NCBI GenBank assembly: GCA_964486305.1
Contig: CAZAMS010000223.1
Coordinates: forward strand, 1-38,573
Length of the DNA stretch: 38,573 nucleotides
Direction of reading: 5' to 3'
From: an uncultured Aestuariivirga sp.
Lineage (GTDB): Bacteria > Pseudomonadota > Alphaproteobacteria > Rhizobiales > Aestuariivirgaceae
A model generated the notes under the pieces. It did no database searches. It saw only the letters and a program-made list of their open reading frames with translations, and was not told the origin of the DNA. Made by a program: the position numbers and the translations under genes. Below are positions 38,435-38,573 of the stretch, in pieces. Positions within the stretch are counted from its first letter, which is position 1. Each line of letters starts with the position of its first letter.

Positions 38435-38573
38435 GAGTGTCTGACTCATAATCATTTGGTGTGATTTCAGAGGCTTGCGATTCTGCGGGTTAAGAATTGG
38501 ATTGAGGCCAGATAGAGCCATGCGGTGGCGCTTTCGATGGTTCGTTCGAAGTCCTTGGCGAGGCGTCGGTTGC
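38435..38573 (-). mobile_element. Downstream end of an IS5-family (IS1031-like) element (truncated by window edge)
   Basis: Transposase C-terminus on the minus strand, followed ~30 bp later by a probable terminal IR (GAGTGTCTGACTCATAA on +, starting ~38435). Boundary uncertain by a few bp. Confidence 0.8.
38467..38571 (-). CDS. IS5-family transposase C-terminal fragment (5' partial)
   Basis: Manual translation NRRLAKDFERTIESATAWLYLASIQFLTRRIASL* carries the characteristic RRLxKDxE motif. Confidence 0.85.
   Translation of the reverse strand, partial: NRRLAKDFERTIESATAWLYLASIQFLTRRIASL

Noticed and set aside
38486-38494. GGTTAA CtrA-like half-site
   Set aside because: It lies within the IS5 transposase coding sequence.

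Overview
Core-genome segment of an alphaproteobacterium (Hyphomicrobiales-like gene order; taxonomy is inference) that appears to contain the chromosome replication terminus. Left of ~24.2 kb, genes are mostly on the + strand: eno, ftsB, pdhA-pdhB-DUF5076-pdhC-SGNH-lpdA, three GlsB/YeaQ/YmgE paralogs, lipA, ratA, [cinA, ispDF on -], dusB-ntrB-ntrC-ntrY-ntrX, hfq-hflX. To the right they are mostly on the - strand: mazG, an 821-aa secreted protein, MBL hydrolase, tatD, metG, holB, tmk, dacA, rlpA, Sel1, DUF2147. These are followed by an aldolase, tRNA-Ser(TGA), PilZ and an H1-like protein. A XerCD dif-like site lies at 25054-25081, and the KOPS octamers I found point toward it from both sides. 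The window begins in the right end of an IS66 and ends in an IS5-family element; neither is in the ORF track. At least three families of small palindromic elements are present. (1) A CCCTCTCCC/GGGAGAGGG element occurs once between genes and once in frame, where it encodes essentially the whole lipoyl-to-PSBD linker of PdhC. (2) Two ~115-bp CTAG-bounded double-hairpin elements show covarying stems. (3) A MITE with 21-bp terminal inverted repeats is nested in a GTCATCCCG-type REP. The best candidates for uncharacterised functions are the two-gene module next to IS66, the 821-aa protein beside dif, and a candidate sRNA near 37.7 kb. All calls come from motif recognition by eye; no database search was run.
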